A DNA stretch of 63,906 bases, counting the filler, from Thermoplasmatota archaeon (GTDB lineage: Archaea; Thermoplasmatota; E2; JACPAO01; JAHFTW01): assembly GCA_041623215.1 (NCBI GenBank). It is 3 parts of 3 records of this genome, joined end to end, with 100 filler letters (N's around TTAATTAATTAA, not from the genome) between each part and the next. Parts side by side here need not be neighbours in the genome. Positions count along the whole stretch, not along the records: positions 29,614 to 56,262 come from JBFJXH010000009.1; 2 more parts are not named here. One strand, given 5' to 3'. The position numbers and the translations under genes were made by a program. Every line of letters starts with the position of its first letter. The first letter of the stretch is position 1. This document shows, piece by piece, positions 30,890 to 40,364 of the stretch. Under the pieces are notes generated by a model. That model was not told the DNA's origin, did not search any database, and saw only the letters and a program-made list of their open reading frames with translations.

Positions 30890-31297
30890 CTAGTCGCCCT
30901 GTTTGCCCACGAGCCGGGTTACAATCTGTTCGTTATCTTTGGAAACGAGCCGCAACAAACTGGCGGGGCCAATGACGGCCATGCGCGGGCGCGGTCCGCC
31001 CATCACGGCGCGTTGCAGGAAATTCTTGCCATGGTCCAAGCCATAGGACTGCATCTCGATGCCAATGAACTTGTCTTGGTCAATTTCGCGCATCGTTTGC
31101 TCGATGAGCGCGGTTTCCTCTTGCGGCGTCAAGCCAACTTCAAGGATGAGAATCTTGCCCGCCTCAACTTCGTCGAGGATGAATCGAATGCGCTCCTCGG
31201 TTCCCATGGCCTCCATCTTTTCTTTACTGATGAGATGGATGGAACCGTAGGTGTCTCCGTTCCCTTTGTCACTCTTGGATTCGTGCTTGTCGGACAT
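30890..31297 (-). CDS. oapB: DUF2073 protein (OapB-like)
   Basis: ERIRFILDEV..G.ILILE.GLTP.EE..LIE.TM.EI, VIGPA. Confidence 0.87.
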   Translation of the reverse strand: MSDKHESKSDKGNGDTYGSIHLISKEKMEAMGTEERIRFILDEVEAGKILILEVGLTPQEETALIEQTMREIDQDKFIGIEMQSYGLDHGKNFLQRAVMGGPRPRMAVIGPASLLRLVSKDNEQIVTRLVGKQGD

Positions 31298-31300
31298 GGT

Positions 31301-31939
31301 TCACCGGAAATGCTTGGTGATGACGCGGTACAATTCCTCCATGTTGGTGCCCTCGCCGGCCGACACGGGCACGACGGGGTGTTGGGGGAATGCGGTCTTG
31401 AGCGTGGCTGGGCTGGCCTCTGGCAGGTCAATCTTGTTGGCGATGATGACCACGGGTAGCTTGCGGGCTTCTAGGTTGCCCAGGATGGTGACATTCACTT
31501 GCGTGAAGGGGTCCTCTGCCGAGTCCATCACGAGGAGCACGCCATCAACATCTTCGAGCCAGCGGATGGCTTCGATGACGCCCTCGGTGGCCTCCTTGGC
31601 GCGTCGGCGAGCTTCCTTCTCGTCCATGCCGTGGCCCTCCGTGAACTCATGAAAGTCAATCTGCGTGGCGATGCCAGGCGTATCAATCACATCGATGTGT
31701 AGTTTGGCGTTACCAGACTTGACATCAATGTCTGCCTTCTTGCGGACGCGTCGCGTTTCGTGCGGTACGTTGCTGGCTGAACCCACCGTTTCACCGGTGA
31801 AGTCCCGCGCAATGCGATTGGCCAGCGTGGTCTTGCCTGCGTTGGGTGGGCCGTAAATCCCAATGCGGGCATGTTTCTTGCCAAAGGCTCCTTTGAGCCA
31901 CTTGCCAAGGCCGCCGCCGATAATGTCCTTCAGGCCCAT
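31301..31939 (-). CDS. oapA: Era-like GTP-binding protein (OapA-like)
   Basis: G1 GPPNAGKT, HETRR, G3 DTPG, RAKEATEGV, DPFTQVN, G4 NKID. Confidence 0.9.
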   Translation of the reverse strand: MGLKDIIGGGLGKWLKGAFGKKHARIGIYGPPNAGKTTLANRIARDFTGETVGSASNVPHETRRVRKKADIDVKSGNAKLHIDVIDTPGIATQIDFHEFTEGHGMDEKEARRRAKEATEGVIEAIRWLEDVDGVLLVMDSAEDPFTQVNVTILGNLEARKLPVVIIANKIDLPEASPATLKTAFPQHPVVPVSAGEGTNMEELYRVITKHFR

Positions 31940-32031
31940 GGTAGGACCTCCGTCACGTGCATCCCATGGCCGGGAGCGGGGTAGGGGACATAAGGGGTGC
32001 TATGGAAGGCGGCCGTGGCGCACCCGACGCT

Positions 32032-33033
32032 TCACGCCTGAAACGTTTGATTCATAGCCGTCTCCGCGATGTCGATGGCATAGCCGCGGGTTCGGTCAAC
32101 GGAGTCGCCAATCAAGGTCAAGGGGCCGACGATGTCGCCGTCCAAGTCCCCCACCAAGTTGCCCAGCTCGGCGCGCCAACGACCGAGGGTTTTGCCGTGG
32201 TCCACTGCCTTACTGGCTAGGTCGAACTCATTGCGCTTGAGTGCGGTGAAGGCATCATCCCAAACACGACGTATGGCGTCGGCCTGGGCGAGGATGCTGG
32301 TGAGGACTGCCGCCGGGACCTGTTCGTCGGGCAGGACACGGATGTTGCGGCAAATCTTCGAGGCGTGGTCCCCCATCCGTTCGATGGCGCGGGCAACGAG
32401 GAAGAAATTGAGGGCCTCGGCCGGGCGCACCTGAAGGCGGGCCGCAAGTCTGGGCTGTTCCAGCAGGGCATGCATCTGCTTCGACACATGCCATTCGAGA
32501 CGGTCCAGTTCGTCGTCGCGCCCGGTCACGTCGTCGGCGATGGCGTTGTCACGCTGCGCCAAGGCGATTAGGGCGTCGTCGAACATGATGCGGGCGATGC
32601 GCTGCATGCGTGTGACGGTCTTGCGCAGGTCCATGTCGGACGCACCGACTAGGTCCTGTAGTGTAACTGCCTCGGAGGTCTCTTCCAGCATCTCGACGCC
32701 CACGAGGTCCCGAATGGCGTTGCGGATGACTTTGCGCACGTGTGGGTCCATGCGACCGTTGGCGACGAGGCGAATCTCATCGGCACCAGCTAGGTAGGCG
32801 CCCACCAGCCGCCGCACGATGCCCGCGTCGCTTACGTCATCGGGCAAGTCAAGCTGGATGGTGCGGCTTTTGGATTTGGCCGGCGTGTGCGGGACGACGA
32901 GCAAGCTGCCGTCGGTTTCTTCGTGGATGGCTACCAGGTCGCTTCGTCCAAGGCCGCTGCGGTCGACCCATTTTTTGGGCAGGCTGACTACGTGCGTCGA
33001 GCCGCCGGTGACTTGGATCTTGCGCATTTCCAT
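32032..33033 (-). CDS. phoU: Archaeal phosphate uptake regulator (AbrB domain plus PhoU repeats)
   Basis: RKIQVTGGST..VSLPKKW, YLAG.D, RDDELDRL, ERMGDHA. Confidence 0.9.
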   Translation of the reverse strand: MEMRKIQVTGGSTHVVSLPKKWVDRSGLGRSDLVAIHEETDGSLLVVPHTPAKSKSRTIQLDLPDDVSDAGIVRRLVGAYLAGADEIRLVANGRMDPHVRKVIRNAIRDLVGVEMLEETSEAVTLQDLVGASDMDLRKTVTRMQRIARIMFDDALIALAQRDNAIADDVTGRDDELDRLEWHVSKQMHALLEQPRLAARLQVRPAEALNFFLVARAIERMGDHASKICRNIRVLPDEQVPAAVLTSILAQADAIRRVWDDAFTALKRNEFDLASKAVDHGKTLGRWRAELGNLVGDLDGDIVGPLTLIGDSVDRTRGYAIDIAETAMNQTFQA

Positions 33034-33050
33034 GCGTTGCCCAGCCCCAA

Positions 33051-33067
33051 TCTATATAGAAAATAGA
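33051..33067. promoter_or_regulatory. Palindromic TCTATATAGA element in the phoU/pit divergent promoter
   Basis: Perfect 10-bp palindrome followed by AAATAGA in a 71-bp intergenic region. Confidence 0.5.
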
Positions 33068-33104
33068 GGGCAAGGTCGTATAGCGGACGGCTGACGGCGG
33101 TCGC

Positions 33105-34529
33105 GTGCTCGACTTTGGTTTCCTGAGTCTCCCAATCATCATCGGCATTGTCGCTTTGTTTGGCCTCTACATGGCGTGGACCATCGGCGCCAACGACGTC
33201 GCCAATGCCATGGGGACAAGCGTGGGTTCCGGCGCCCTGACCCTGCGCAACGCCATCATTGTAGCGGCGTTGATGGAGTTCGCTGGTGCCGTCTTGGCGG
33301 GCGGCTCCGTGACGGACACCGTACGCAAGAAGATTCTCGACCCCGAAGTCGCTTTTGCTCGCCCTGAGACTGGCAACGCCACGGCGATCATGGCAACGCC
33401 CACACCAACTGGTGGCGGGCTTGAATTCGCGCCCGAACTCTACATTTACGGAATGTTGGCGGCGCTCTTGGGAACCGCCCTCTGGCTGACCTTTGCCACT
33501 TGGAAAGGATGGCCGGTCAGCACCACCCACAGCATCGTGGGTGGGGTCATTGGAGCTGGTATGTTTGCGGCGGGTACCTTCTACGGTTGGGACCATGCGG
33601 GCGACGCGGTGGCCTGGGACAAGGTCATCGAAATCTTCCAATCATGGATCATGGCGCCCCTGCTTGGTGGCGTGATTGCGTTCTTGCTCTTTTGGTTCAT
33701 CAAGGCGGTCATCTTCAACTCAAACGACCCGCTGGCCGCCGTCGAACGATGGCGCTGGCTGTTCATTTTCCTTGATGTGCTCATCATTGCGCTTGCGACC
33801 TTGACAAAGGGCCTCAAAAACGCCGACTGGTACAAGGAGCTTGGTTGGCTTGGCAAGGACGCCGCGGGTAACACCACAGTTGCATGGGAGGCCTGGACCG
33901 CAGCGTTTGGGATTGCAGCGGGTGTCACGCTACTAGCGGAATTCATCATCCGCAAGCGGCAAAAGGGCCAGCCCCACCCAACCACCGAGAAGGTTGGGCC
34001 GGACCGAGAAACCTACAAGCTGGTTGAGAAGCGCTTCATCGCCCTGCAAGTGGTGACGGCCGCGAGTGTTGCGTTCGCCCACGGAGCCAACGATGTGGCC
34101 AACGCCATTGGCCCCTTGGCTGGCATTGTTAGTGTGGCGCAAACGGAAACGCTGAGCAGCAAGGCAGAGATTGTCTGGTGGATTCTGCCTCTGGGCGGCG
34201 TCGGCATTGTGGTCGGTTTGGCGACCTGGGGCTACAAGGTCATGCAAACCATCGGCAAGAAGATTAGCGAAATCACCCCCAGCCGCGGTTTCGCGGCGGA
34301 GCTGGCCGCCGCGGCGACCATTATCCTTGCCACGACGCGCGGAATCCCGGTTTCCACGAGTCAAATTCTCGTCGGCGCGGTCCTAGGTGTCGGGCTGGCC
34401 CGAGGTGTGGCCGCCATTGATTTGCGGGTCATGCGGGACATTGTCTTTAGCTGGGTCCTGACATTACCGGCCGCTGGCCTTCTAAGTGGCCTTCTCTATA
34501 TCATGTTCAAAGGAATCCTGGGGGCATAA
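33105..34529 (+). CDS. pit: PiT-family inorganic phosphate transporter
   Basis: Twin signature GANDVAN (N-terminal) and AHGANDVAN (C-terminal); PVSTTH. Confidence 0.94.
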   Translation: MLDFGFLSLPIIIGIVALFGLYMAWTIGANDVANAMGTSVGSGALTLRNAIIVAALMEFAGAVLAGGSVTDTVRKKILDPEVAFARPETGNATAIMATPTPTGGGLEFAPELYIYGMLAALLGTALWLTFATWKGWPVSTTHSIVGGVIGAGMFAAGTFYGWDHAGDAVAWDKVIEIFQSWIMAPLLGGVIAFLLFWFIKAVIFNSNDPLAAVERWRWLFIFLDVLIIALATLTKGLKNADWYKELGWLGKDAAGNTTVAWEAWTAAFGIAAGVTLLAEFIIRKRQKGQPHPTTEKVGPDRETYKLVEKRFIALQVVTAASVAFAHGANDVANAIGPLAGIVSVAQTETLSSKAEIVWWILPLGGVGIVVGLATWGYKVMQTIGKKISEITPSRGFAAELAAAATIILATTRGIPVSTSQILVGAVLGVGLARGVAAIDLRVMRDIVFSWVLTLPAAGLLSGLLYIMFKGILGA

Positions 34530-34532
34530 TCC

Positions 34533-35231
34533 ATGGCGAACAAACACTTCCGCGCACCAATTTTCGACACGTTCCGTGATCGCAGCCCCTTTGATGGCCT
34601 GTACGACCACGCGGGCAAAGTAAACGAGTGCATTGCGGCCCTAAGGGAAACCACGGCTGCCTTCGTGGCCGGCGACCACAAGGCTGTCCAAGAAGGCGCC
34701 AAGCGCGTGAGCGCGCTAGAATTCGAGGCGGACGAAATCAAGAGCAACCTACGAAACCACCTACCTGGTAATGTCCGAATGCCGGTGGATAAGCCGCTTT
34801 TCGTGCAGGCGCTGAGTCAACAGGACAGCATCCTAGACGAGGCTGAAGACGCAGCCATTTGGATGAGCATGCGTCCAACTACTGTTCCCAAGGATGCAGG
34901 CGTGGCCATGCTGGCCCTCCTGGAGAAGGTCATCGAAACCGTCGCGGCTTACGAGCAGGCGGTGGCGAATCTGAAGGACTTGGTGGAGACCGGTTTCGTC
35001 AAGCGGGAGCGCGACGAAGAAAAGAGCCTCATCCACCGTGTGCATGAACTGGAGCACGAAACCGACGTTCTGTCGCGGGACTTGTCGCGGATGCTCCTGT
35101 CGGCGGAATCCGAGGAAGAGGTAGGGGCCATCGGCTCCTATCACCTGCTCAAGCTTACCTTGCAAATCAGCAAAATCGCTGATCATGCAGAAAATGCCGG
35201 CGACCGCCTCCGGGCGATGCTTGCCAAGTAA
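34533..35231 (+). CDS. DUF47/TIGR00153 phosphate transport accessory protein
   Basis: E.EADEIK, QDSILD.AED, IADHAENAGDRL; directly follows PiT. Confidence 0.9.
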   Translation: MANKHFRAPIFDTFRDRSPFDGLYDHAGKVNECIAALRETTAAFVAGDHKAVQEGAKRVSALEFEADEIKSNLRNHLPGNVRMPVDKPLFVQALSQQDSILDEAEDAAIWMSMRPTTVPKDAGVAMLALLEKVIETVAAYEQAVANLKDLVETGFVKRERDEEKSLIHRVHELEHETDVLSRDLSRMLLSAESEEEVGAIGSYHLLKLTLQISKIADHAENAGDRLRAMLAK

Positions 35232-35287
35232 GCAAGGCGAATTGCAAGCCATGCCGGTTAGAAAGTCGGGCGCAACGGGGATGTGCG

Positions 35288-35617
35288 CTAGCCGTAGCCG
35301 TGGAAGCCAGGCTCAAGGGGTAGGCCGAGGCGGGCGTAGGCGCCAATTTTGTCGAGCCGGCGTGCCACCTTGTCGAGGTCGTTGAGCAGGTGGCCGATTT
35401 CCCGATCGGATAGGCGATATTCACGGAGCCGGCCGCGGGGCCGTACCGCCACGAGTCCCGCGTCTCGAAGCTTCCGTAGGTGGTGACTGACATTACTCTG
35501 CTCTTGCCCCGCAGCCGCGACGAGGTCGGTCACCGGGGCAGGGCTGGCTTGCAGCCGTGTTAGGATGGCGGCCCGCGTTGGATGGCTGACAAAATGCAGT
35601 AAGGCCGGCGCGTCCAT
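35288..35617 (-). CDS. ArsR/SmtB-family transcriptional regulator
   Basis: HPTRAAIL..L, QSNVSHHLRKLRDAGLV, G..R.Y.L. Confidence 0.9.
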   Translation of the reverse strand: MDAPALLHFVSHPTRAAILTRLQASPAPVTDLVAAAGQEQSNVSHHLRKLRDAGLVAVRPRGRLREYRLSDREIGHLLNDLDKVARRLDKIGAYARLGLPLEPGFHGYG

Positions 35618-35632
35618 GAATTAGTATTCATG
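35615..35632. promoter_or_regulatory. SmtB/CzrA-type operator CATGAATTAGTATTCATG over the ArsR start codon
   Basis: Inverted repeat CATGAAT-N4-ATTCATG containing the TGAA-N6-TTCA core. Confidence 0.65.
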
Positions 35633-35707
35633 TGACCAATCTTGACCCTGTCGCTTCCAACTGAAGCAGTCGGTGGGGTCTTGATGGCCTGCTGCGTCGC
35701 AAGCCTT

Positions 35708-36325
35708 GTGTCTGGCACCGGCGAAAGCGCGCCATCCAAAGACGCCCCTGAGGACGAAACCTTCCGCGAACCGTCCATTGGCATCCACAAGGTGTACACG
35801 CGAACCGGCGATGACGGCACCACAGGGCTCGTGGGGGGCCAGCGCGTGGCCAAAGATCATCCGCGCATCGAGGCGTACGGCACCGTTGATGAATTGGGAG
35901 CCCTAGTTGGCCTAGCGCGCTTGGAAGCCCCGCTCGGATTGCGCGGCGAATTGCTGCAAGTGCAGCACCAGTTATTCAACCTGGGAAGCTGTCTCGCGAC
36001 GCTGCCAGACGACATCGGCGAAGCACAGCCACGAATCCGCCAAGCCGACATCGATTGGCTCGAGGCCTGCATTGACGGGGCCAACGGCGCGTTGCCCCCG
36101 TTGACCAGCTTTGTGCTGGCAGGGGGCTCCGAAGCCGAAGCTCGGTTGAACGTAGCCAGGACCGTCTGCCGACGCGGCGAACGACTCCTCGTCGCGCTCC
36201 ACCGGGACGGTGGGTGTCGCTCGCTAGAGGTACACTATCTCAACCGCCTATCGGATGCCCTGTTTGTTTGGGCCCGCATCGCCGCGGATGGCAAGGAAGT
36301 GTTGTGGAATCCGAACGCGGCGTAA
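35708..36325 (+). CDS. pduO: PduO-type ATP:cob(I)alamin adenosyltransferase
   Basis: KVYTRTGDDGTT, AYGTVDEL, ARTVCRRGER, YLNRLSDALF. Start uncertain; the ORF is open from 35642. Confidence 0.92.
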   Translation: MSGTGESAPSKDAPEDETFREPSIGIHKVYTRTGDDGTTGLVGGQRVAKDHPRIEAYGTVDELGALVGLARLEAPLGLRGELLQVQHQLFNLGSCLATLPDDIGEAQPRIRQADIDWLEACIDGANGALPPLTSFVLAGGSEAEARLNVARTVCRRGERLLVALHRDGGCRSLEVHYLNRLSDALFVWARIAADGKEVLWNPNAA

Positions 36326-36409
36326 AATTCGCTCTCTTGGGGGGCAACCGGGGCGCAAGAAGACCCCCACCGCCCCCTTCATATCGGCACGCTGGGGTCA
36401 GGTGCCACG

Positions 36410-39040
36410 ATGCAACAATTGCCGGCGGTCTTGTTGGGCATCCTACTGGCGCTATCGGTAGTGCCGCAGGCAATCTCAGCCCAGCCGGCCCAGCCCGCGC
36501 TACCGGAGCCACTGCGCGTCCCCGACCCCACCGGCGATGCCTACGAATGGGGCCACACCATGATTCAAGCGCAGGCAGGCAAGTGGTGTCCGGAGGGCGT
36601 CACGTGCGATGAGCTGCAGGCGGACAATGGTCCAACCGCCGCCTGGCAAGGTGTCCCGGCGGACCCCGCGCTGGACCTCGTTGGGTTTAGTCTCCAGGAA
36701 TACCCAGATTCGCTTCTGGTGACCCTGTCGGTGGCCTCGCTGGAACCGGACCTCTCCGCCATGCTGGATGAGGAATCGGCCCATGGCATCACAATCGGCG
36801 TCGCGTGGGACACCCAGCCCGACGTAGAACTTCGTAGCTGCATGGAGGCAGTGTACCTCCGGCTGGACCCGAGTGGCGGTGGCTATGCGGCGGAATCTGG
36901 CCATGTGTGGATCCACCAAGCCTGCGGTAACGAACAGGCGCCCTGGCAAGGATACTGCTCGTCCGACCGCACTGGGTGCGTCCAACAAGTGCCCATGACG
37001 GTCGCGCCAGGCACCCCCGGCTCCATTTCTTGGTCGCTGCCGCGTGACCAAATGGTCAACGGTAGCCAGGGGGCAGCGCTCCACAACCTGCATGCCCTGG
37101 TCCTGCGGTTGGGGCCCCACCCCGATGTCTTTGTCGAAGGAGCGGGCGGTCCGTCCTCCATGAACCAACCCGGCGCACGGCTTGATGCTGACACGGAGTA
37201 TATCGTCGATAGCAGTGAGCCCGTGGGCCCACATCGATTGGCCTTGCCCGCCGCGCAATCGGTCCACGCCAGCGGCCATATCGCCTGGAGTGCCCATCAT
37301 GCCGTCAGGGAGCAGCAACAGGTGCATCCCGAGCTGCGCCTCCGGTCCGGGGAATTTGAGGAAACCCCCACGCACCTGATTTTGACCGCGCACCTCGATG
37401 AGCTTGCCCGCGATGCGAAGTACCATCGAGGCGAGGCAGGGTTTGCCTTGCCGACCGGGGAACTGTATCGGGCCGGCTTGCTCGTTCGCGACGGGACCTA
37501 CACGCCCTATTTTGGCCACGCCTGGTTTGATTCGGATGAGCAGTGGCATTGGCAATCATTGCCAATTGATGCTGACGTAGAACCAGGCTCTCCGGGCAAG
37601 GTGGTGTGGCGAGTCGACCGGCAAGACCTACCCCACATCGAGGCGGGTACAACGATGCGTGCAGCCGGCATGCTGTGGAACGCCGCCATCGATGAAAATC
37701 CGGCGGTGGGCCCCTTGGCATCCTCCCGCGTATACGTCCGGGCCACGCCCATGAACAATCTTGACTGGATGCCTCCCTATCGTTTCCTTTACGACACCCA
37801 CTTCGAGCCCACTCGAAACGATACTGGATTCAAGGACCCGATTGATGACCTGACCCTGCCAGCCGCAAGCGAAGTGGACCCCAACTTGAGGACCGGCCCT
37901 TACGACCTTATTGGCGTGCGCGCGCGCATGAAGAGCACGGACGAGGTACGCTTCAGCATCGACGTCAGGGACTTGTCGGAGGTGCGAGTTCCCACAGGCT
38001 ACGACGCGGTGTTCTTTGCCGTTGGCCTGCAAGCATCCAAGGGCGGCGAGTACATGATGGGCTTCCACAAGGAGGTCGGAAAGACGGGCGAATTCTTCTG
38101 CGCGCCTGACACCACGGTGCTGGCGCCCACGCCTGCCGACCCGCTTAGTACGCCGGCGCGTGAACTAATTCGCGGCAACGTCTTGTTGTCCGGGGCGGGC
38201 GGCGCTGAAGCGGGTGGCGGGTCAGGGTCGGGAGGAACGATTCACCTCGACGTACCGCTCTCCTGCCTTGAGCTGGAAGCGACGGACGTCCTGAGCCTGG
38301 AAGGCGTCGCAGCCGGGGTGTATTGGATTCGTAGCACGCGTGACCCAACGGGACGTCCCCTTGGCGACAGCGAGGTTGATGTCATTGACCTGGCGGCTCC
38401 GGGCGATGAAGAACTTCCCCTCATGCTCCTAGCGCCGCCTGAGCCTCCCGTTCAATCCACCTGGGCGAGGCCCTTTGGGTTCGAGAATTTCTGGGACATT
38501 TTTGGTGTCGCCATTGCCGTGACGCTTGCGGCCATCAGCACCGTCATCATTGTCAGGAAGCGCCTTCGCATGAAGCGCTACTTGGTTGAACTCGAGGATT
38601 TGGCCGAGCACTACCACAGCGAACCCGATGCGTACGGCCTGTCGTTGGTTGCCCTTCGCAAACGGCTGTTTCAGGACCTACTGTCCAATCGCCTGACCGA
38701 AGGACACTTTGTCATGGTGGAAGAGCGCCTGCGAAGTGCCTTGTCAAGCACGCGTATCAACGCCTTTGGCAGAGCGTTCTATGACCTGCCGCCAGCGCTC
38801 ATGATTCGGCTCCAGTCGCTGCTCGCCGATGGTCGCTTTACGCCGCAGGACCACCAAGTATTGGCCGACTTGGTTGACGGCCTGACGATTCCTAGCGCAA
38901 GTCGGACAGAAGTGATGGATCGCATTGGCCTGTGGGCCGAGCAGGACGCCCAAATGGCCAAGATGGCTGGCCTCAGGCGTCGTCGGCGTCGCCGTCGAGT
39001 TCGCCACCTGGTAGAGCGCCCAGCAGCCCAGGCAGAATAG
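36410..39040 (+). CDS. Large single-pass membrane protein of unknown function
   Basis: Signal peptide, ~670-aa ectodomain, TM IFGVAIAVTLAAISTVIIV-RKR, ~155-aa helical cytoplasmic tail. Confidence 0.8.
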   Translation: MQQLPAVLLGILLALSVVPQAISAQPAQPALPEPLRVPDPTGDAYEWGHTMIQAQAGKWCPEGVTCDELQADNGPTAAWQGVPADPALDLVGFSLQEYPDSLLVTLSVASLEPDLSAMLDEESAHGITIGVAWDTQPDVELRSCMEAVYLRLDPSGGGYAAESGHVWIHQACGNEQAPWQGYCSSDRTGCVQQVPMTVAPGTPGSISWSLPRDQMVNGSQGAALHNLHALVLRLGPHPDVFVEGAGGPSSMNQPGARLDADTEYIVDSSEPVGPHRLALPAAQSVHASGHIAWSAHHAVREQQQVHPELRLRSGEFEETPTHLILTAHLDELARDAKYHRGEAGFALPTGELYRAGLLVRDGTYTPYFGHAWFDSDEQWHWQSLPIDADVEPGSPGKVVWRVDRQDLPHIEAGTTMRAAGMLWNAAIDENPAVGPLASSRVYVRATPMNNLDWMPPYRFLYDTHFEPTRNDTGFKDPIDDLTLPAASEVDPNLRTGPYDLIGVRARMKSTDEVRFSIDVRDLSEVRVPTGYDAVFFAVGLQASKGGEYMMGFHKEVGKTGEFFCAPDTTVLAPTPADPLSTPARELIRGNVLLSGAGGAEAGGGSGSGGTIHLDVPLSCLELEATDVLSLEGVAAGVYWIRSTRDPTGRPLGDSEVDVIDLAAPGDEELPLMLLAPPEPPVQSTWARPFGFENFWDIFGVAIAVTLAAISTVIIVRKRLRMKRYLVELEDLAEHYHSEPDAYGLSLVALRKRLFQDLLSNRLTEGHFVMVEERLRSALSSTRINAFGRAFYDLPPALMIRLQSLLADGRFTPQDHQVLADLVDGLTIPSASRTEVMDRIGLWAEQDAQMAKMAGLRRRRRRRRVRHLVERPAAQAE

Positions 39041-39131
39041 GGCGAAATCTCCTTGGCTCCGAGGCTGCGACTCCCGTCACCTGCCCCCTCCAACGCTTTA
39101 ACACGGCCATCATTAGCGGAACCTGTCAACC

Positions 39132-40364
39132 ATGGATTACGGACCTTTGTGGAGCAGCTGCGCCACGCGCTTCAAGGCAAGCGAGATTCGCGAACTCCTG
39201 AAACTTACAGAAAAGCCAGACATTGTGAGCTTCGCCGGCGGGCTACCCGATCCGGCCACGTTCCCCGTGCAGGCGGTAGAAGAGGCCACGCACCGCGTCC
39301 TTCGCGACCATGCCTCCGCGGCGCTGCAGTACGGGACGACCGAAGGACTGAACCACCTGCGTGAGACACTCGCCCAGTCCCTGGCCAAGGATGGCATCGA
39401 CGTCCACCCGGATGAGATCACCATCACCAACGGCTCCCAGCAAGGGTTGGACCTGCTTGGCCGAACCTTCATCGACCCCGGCGACACCATCATCGTGTCC
39501 AACCCTACGTACCTCGGGGCCCTGCAGGCGTTCAACTACTACGACGCTCGCTATGCGGGCTGTGATTCAGACGGCGACGGCGTCATCCCAGAGAGCCTCG
39601 AAGCAACCATTCTCGACTTGAAGGCCAAGGGCATTCGGCCCAAGTTCATCTATCTGGTACCGACGTTCCAGAACCCGGCCGGCACGGTCATTCCTGAAGC
39701 ACGCCGGCGGGCGATCCTGGACTTGGCCTACGAGCACGACCTGCTCATCGTCGAGGATGACCCGTATGGAAAGCTCCGCTTCGACGGCGACCCCGTGCCC
39801 GCCATGAAGAGCCTTGACCGCGATGGCGACCACGTGATCTACTTGGGCACTTTTTCCAAGATTCTGGTGCCTGGATTCCGTCTTGCCTGGTGTGTCGCCC
39901 CACCCGCCATTACGCGCAAAATGGTCATCGGCAAGCAGTCCGTGGACTTGTGCACCAACGCCTTCACCCAATACATCGCTGATGACCTGTTGACCCAGGG
40001 AATCATCGACGCCCATTTGCCAAAAATCATCGAGGTGTACCGCCGCAAGCGTGACATCATGATGGGGGCCATGGATGACTTCTTCCCCAAGGAAAACGTG
40101 TCGTGGACCCGAAGCCAAGGCGGCCTGTTCACCTGGGCGGAACTGCCGCTGGGCGTCAATGCCGTCGAGCTCTTACCCAAGGCGGTCGAGCAGGGCAACG
40201 TAGCCTACGTACCCGGCAAGTCGTTCTTCCCCGACCCCGATGTCGGCTTCAACACCCTGCGCCTCAACTTCAGCTTCCCAGGCGATGAGGCCATCCGGGG
40301 CGGCATTGAGCAACTTGGCGGCGTTCTGACGGACGCGGTCGAGCAGGCCAAGCTGACGGCCTAG
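39132..40364 (+). CDS. PLP-dependent class I aminotransferase (2-aminoadipate/aromatic aminotransferase-like)
   Basis: SEIRELLK, SFAGGLP, GSQQGLDL, PTFQNPAG, EDDPY, GTFSKILVPGFR. Confidence 0.92.
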   Translation: MDYGPLWSSCATRFKASEIRELLKLTEKPDIVSFAGGLPDPATFPVQAVEEATHRVLRDHASAALQYGTTEGLNHLRETLAQSLAKDGIDVHPDEITITNGSQQGLDLLGRTFIDPGDTIIVSNPTYLGALQAFNYYDARYAGCDSDGDGVIPESLEATILDLKAKGIRPKFIYLVPTFQNPAGTVIPEARRRAILDLAYEHDLLIVEDDPYGKLRFDGDPVPAMKSLDRDGDHVIYLGTFSKILVPGFRLAWCVAPPAITRKMVIGKQSVDLCTNAFTQYIADDLLTQGIIDAHLPKIIEVYRRKRDIMMGAMDDFFPKENVSWTRSQGGLFTWAELPLGVNAVELLPKAVEQGNVAYVPGKSFFPDPDVGFNTLRLNFSFPGDEAIRGGIEQLGGVLTDAVEQAKLTA

